The notes beneath the pieces are model-generated. The model saw nothing but the letters and a program-made list of their open reading frames with translations, was not told where the DNA came from and ran no database searches. Shown here piece by piece: positions 61,128 to 64,000 of a DNA stretch of 64,000 bases. The translations under genes were made by a program, and so were the position numbers. Position 1 is the stretch's first letter; each line of letters starts with the position of its first letter. This DNA comes from Andalucia godoyi And28 (lineage: Eukaryota; Protista; Jakobida), in contig VRVR01000049.1 in NCBI GenBank assembly GCA_009859145.1, positions 176,289 through 240,288 on the forward strand, given 5' to 3'.

Positions 61128-61523
61128 TTGTAAGATACTTTCCCCCACCCTTCCTGAAGACAAGCAAAAACAAAACAAAAAAAAAAAAAAAAAAAAAAAA
61201 AAGAAGAAGAAAAGAAAAGATAAGAAAAGATAAGAGAAAAACACTCACACACAAGCCTCCGAAACGACAAATAGAGCATGTCATTTCGCTGACATTTTTC
61301 TTTTTTGGCTTTCTCTTCTGCTGTCAGTCACTCCTGATGTCGGCGATTTATTTTATTCTCGCATTCGCAGAAAGTTTCCTCCTATGGGCCCAAAGAGAAT
61401 AGCAGCATGGTTGCATGTCTGCGATAAAGAAAGTCTGGCATTCTTGGGTTTCTTCGAAAAACAGAAAAGGAAAAGAAATTCAGTTGATCAATCTGTGTTT
61501 GGACGAAAGGGAAGCAAGAAAGA

Positions 61524-63224
61524 ATGCGTATCTTTCTGGTGTTCTTTGCACTCTGCGTGCTGTTTGCGAGAGGTCATTGCTTTTTCTGGAACTGGGGATC
61601 CAATGCTGGAGTCCCGGTGTTTAGCAGCGGACCATCGGCTTCGAACTGTGCGGCATGCACAATCATTGTCTCCATTATTGAAAAAATGTCTGTAATTCAC
61701 GAAAAGACAGTCGATGACGTTCTTGCGAATGTGTGTGATCTGTTCCCTGCCACCCTGCAGCCACCTTGCAAATCGGCAGTTGCGACGTACGGCCCGTTCA
61801 TCATCCAGGCGCTTGCGGCGAACATCGGGCCTGATGAAACATGCCGCAAAATGAAGTTGTGCGATGCTTGGCCGACGTGCCAACTCTTCCCGAAGCCCTC
61901 GTCGACAAAATCTGCTTCGCAGGAGGCTGCATTTACCGTTGACAAGGAGCTGGCAGATAAGATGCACGCTGCCGGAGTGTCTCCTTGGGAGTGGATCGTC
62001 GATCAAATTCGTCGTGCTGTTGCAACGCATGAACCCCTGGTTGACGAAGACGGTGACAAGTTTGCATATTGGGATGGAACGCTTCGCGGTTATTCTTGGA
62101 GAGGTAAGGATTGCGAGGACAGAGATGGTTCCGTGTATCCTGGTCGAGCGGACGGCACGGGACACCCGCACAGCGTTGATTACAATTGTAATGGTGTCAA
62201 GGGGGCGAATATTCGGGGAGAATCGTATGAAGATCTGCTTTGCAAGGGCACGGATCCGCGTGGCGTCATTCTGCTCTCCGACAGTCAGGGTGCCCATTTC
62301 CGGATTCCGGGAAACTGGATGAACGCGTCGGCGATTGGAGCAGGAACCTACGACCACATCCTGTTCGCACTGGAAAACGAGCTGGACTGGCCTCATCTTG
62401 GAGCGTACACGGGCCATCGGTCGGATGATACCGGAGATGTGCCGGGCCCCGTCGATTCCGTGTATATGCGACTGTACGATCGAAACCATTGCAACAAGGG
62501 AAACGCACAAAATCTCGGAGTGAACGGTGCTCGCATTGCGGATGTTGCTGGGCAATTGAAAACAACGATGCACATCAACAAGACCGCAGACTATCCTGCT
62601 CTCGTTTTTATATCTCTTGTCGGAAACGACGTCTGCCGATCCCACGATGGCCTTGTGGAGCATATGACACAGCCAGATGAGTTTGAATCAGACTTGTTGA
62701 CAGCCCTTCAGTGGCTTGATACGCAGCTTCCTGCCAACAGCTGGGTTACTTTTGTCGGGCTTGTCGATGGCCGAATTCTTTGGAATCAAATGCATGCTCG
62801 CACGCACCCGATTGGAGTTGAGTATCAGACTGTGTACGAATATTTATCCTGTCTGCATATTTCTCCTTGCCAAGGCTGGATGACCCCGAACGAAACAATG
62901 CGTAATGCAACGTCTGCGCAGGCTGCTTTGCTGTCCTCCGTTTACGAGAAGGTCATGTCCGAGCATTCCTTTTTGAATTTCAAAATGTCCTATATCGATT
63001 ATGACGTCGCTGCAATTGAACAAGTGATCATTCAACGCGGAGGCCAACCGTGGGAACTGATTGAAGAAACCGACGGATTTCACCCGAGTCAGATTGCCAA
63101 TGCTCTGTTCGCAGAATATTTTTGGAACTTGATTGTGAAAGACCACCCAGAAGCATTGGGAGGTGCGAATCCGAACAATGCTGCCATTGAGGCACTATTT
63201 GGTAAGGACCCTTCCTGGGAGTAA
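61524..63224 (+). CDS. AOAH: Acyloxyacyl hydrolase (saposin B + SGNH/GDSL lipase)
   Basis: Signal peptide, saposin Cys pattern (CAACTIIV...C...C...C...C), DSVDYNCNG, LSDSQGAHF, QNLGVNGAR, LVGNDVC, ETDGFHPSQIANAL. Confidence 0.93.
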   Translation: MRIFLVFFALCVLFARGHCFFWNWGSNAGVPVFSSGPSASNCAACTIIVSIIEKMSVIHEKTVDDVLANVCDLFPATLQPPCKSAVATYGPFIIQALAANIGPDETCRKMKLCDAWPTCQLFPKPSSTKSASQEAAFTVDKELADKMHAAGVSPWEWIVDQIRRAVATHEPLVDEDGDKFAYWDGTLRGYSWRGKDCEDRDGSVYPGRADGTGHPHSVDYNCNGVKGANIRGESYEDLLCKGTDPRGVILLSDSQGAHFRIPGNWMNASAIGAGTYDHILFALENELDWPHLGAYTGHRSDDTGDVPGPVDSVYMRLYDRNHCNKGNAQNLGVNGARIADVAGQLKTTMHINKTADYPALVFISLVGNDVCRSHDGLVEHMTQPDEFESDLLTALQWLDTQLPANSWVTFVGLVDGRILWNQMHARTHPIGVEYQTVYEYLSCLHISPCQGWMTPNETMRNATSAQAALLSSVYEKVMSEHSFLNFKMSYIDYDVAAIEQVIIQRGGQPWELIEETDGFHPSQIANALFAEYFWNLIVKDHPEALGGANPNNAAIEALFGKDPSWE

Positions 63225-63329
63225 ATGGTGAATCGAACGATGAACAGGGATCTTTTTGTCTCCATCCGACCTTCACAACAAGTGAGGGCACGAATCACAT
63301 GAACACGGCTCCTTCTTCCGTGCGCTGCG

Positions 63330-63660
63330 CGATGCCGAGTCGGTACCCCCAGAGGTTCGGATCATGTCGACCACCCGGTGCAGCGTCGGGGAGGGAAAAC
63401 GCGCTCTTGCGGTTTCTTGGCGTACCGATTCCTTGGCAAGCCACAGTGCGCCCACTTTCCCCGGGCTGTATCGCAGGTTTTGCTGACGAGGGTAGGACCC
63501 GCTCCAGAAGGGGCTTGACCCCCTTGAGTTCTGCGATACCGACAGCTCAGGCCCACCTGAAGGGTGATGTTTTTCTCTACCAGATTCTGCATCCTCTGCA
63601 CATGAGCAGTGCAACGGGGGAGCCTTGAGTCGAGGGATACCGCTGGGTCCTCCTCCAGTC
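63330..63660 (+). ncRNA. Candidate structured non-coding RNA, family unassigned
   Basis: No credible ORF. Long stems 63337-63346/63422-63431 (10 bp, one G-U) and 63468-63477/63530-63539, the latter enclosing two hairpins; G-U pairs favour the plus strand. Confidence 0.3.
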
Positions 63661-64000
63661 GACGGTAGCTTCTCTCTCTCTCTCCTCTTCCTCCCTCTTT
63701 CTTTCTCGCGTTCCGATGCACGGTTTAACAAGTGTTGGATGCGCGCACGCCCGTTTCAGCAGGAGCGTTGGAGCACTCCTCAGCCAGAAAAAGCGTCCTG
63801 TATGCAGCTCCGCTTCTGATCCCACAGCAACCCGTAATATAGTGCTCACCAAAGCAAAGCAAAGCAAAGTTCGCTTTCTGCAACGCACGGCCCCATCGCA
63901 TTTTAGGAGCTGCGGATACGCCGGAATGGACCCGGAGTAGTGAATGCAGCAACCGGTTGTTCATTCCCCAGACTGAGACGAATCGTCATGAGCCCAATCA

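Noticed and set aside
63484-63505. Hammerhead-like CTGACGA plus GGGT/ACCC stem
   Set aside because: The required GAAA after stem II is absent (GCTC instead).

Overview
Gene-dense, intron-poor eukaryotic DNA of roughly 50% GC. IFT80, CFAP57, MRPS16, ATP12 and NSDHL point to an aerobic flagellated protist; the species cannot be named from the sequence. About 35 protein genes are packed with short A/T- or microsatellite-rich spacers. Only four spliceosomal introns could be supported, two in a CDK9/12/CDKC-type kinase and two in HMCES. A large GAF/PAS histidine kinase runs off the left edge and is missing from the ORF track. The main accessory signal is three Fanzor2/IS607-TnpB-type relics, none obvious from the ORF track. 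One is a decayed RuvC/Zn-finger half gene at 21.7-22.0 kb. The other two are about 90% identical (by eye) non-autonomous copies at 25.9-26.5 kb (+) and 57.4-58.1 kb (-). These two fuse the N-terminal RAVRIK-MHxSQxQRxxLxxW motif directly to the RuvC-III DRDWNGARNI motif, keep a hairpin-rich omegaRNA-like 3' end, share GCCG at the left junction, and have no TIRs or TSDs. Two unexplained, strongly base-paired intergenic segments (16.0-16.4 kb minus, 63.3-63.7 kb plus) are candidate structured RNAs. Also noted are a dsRBD-PIN-like fusion gene and a membrane-protein gene broken by about six frameshifts. All calls rest on motif recognition and manual translation and alignment; no database search was run.
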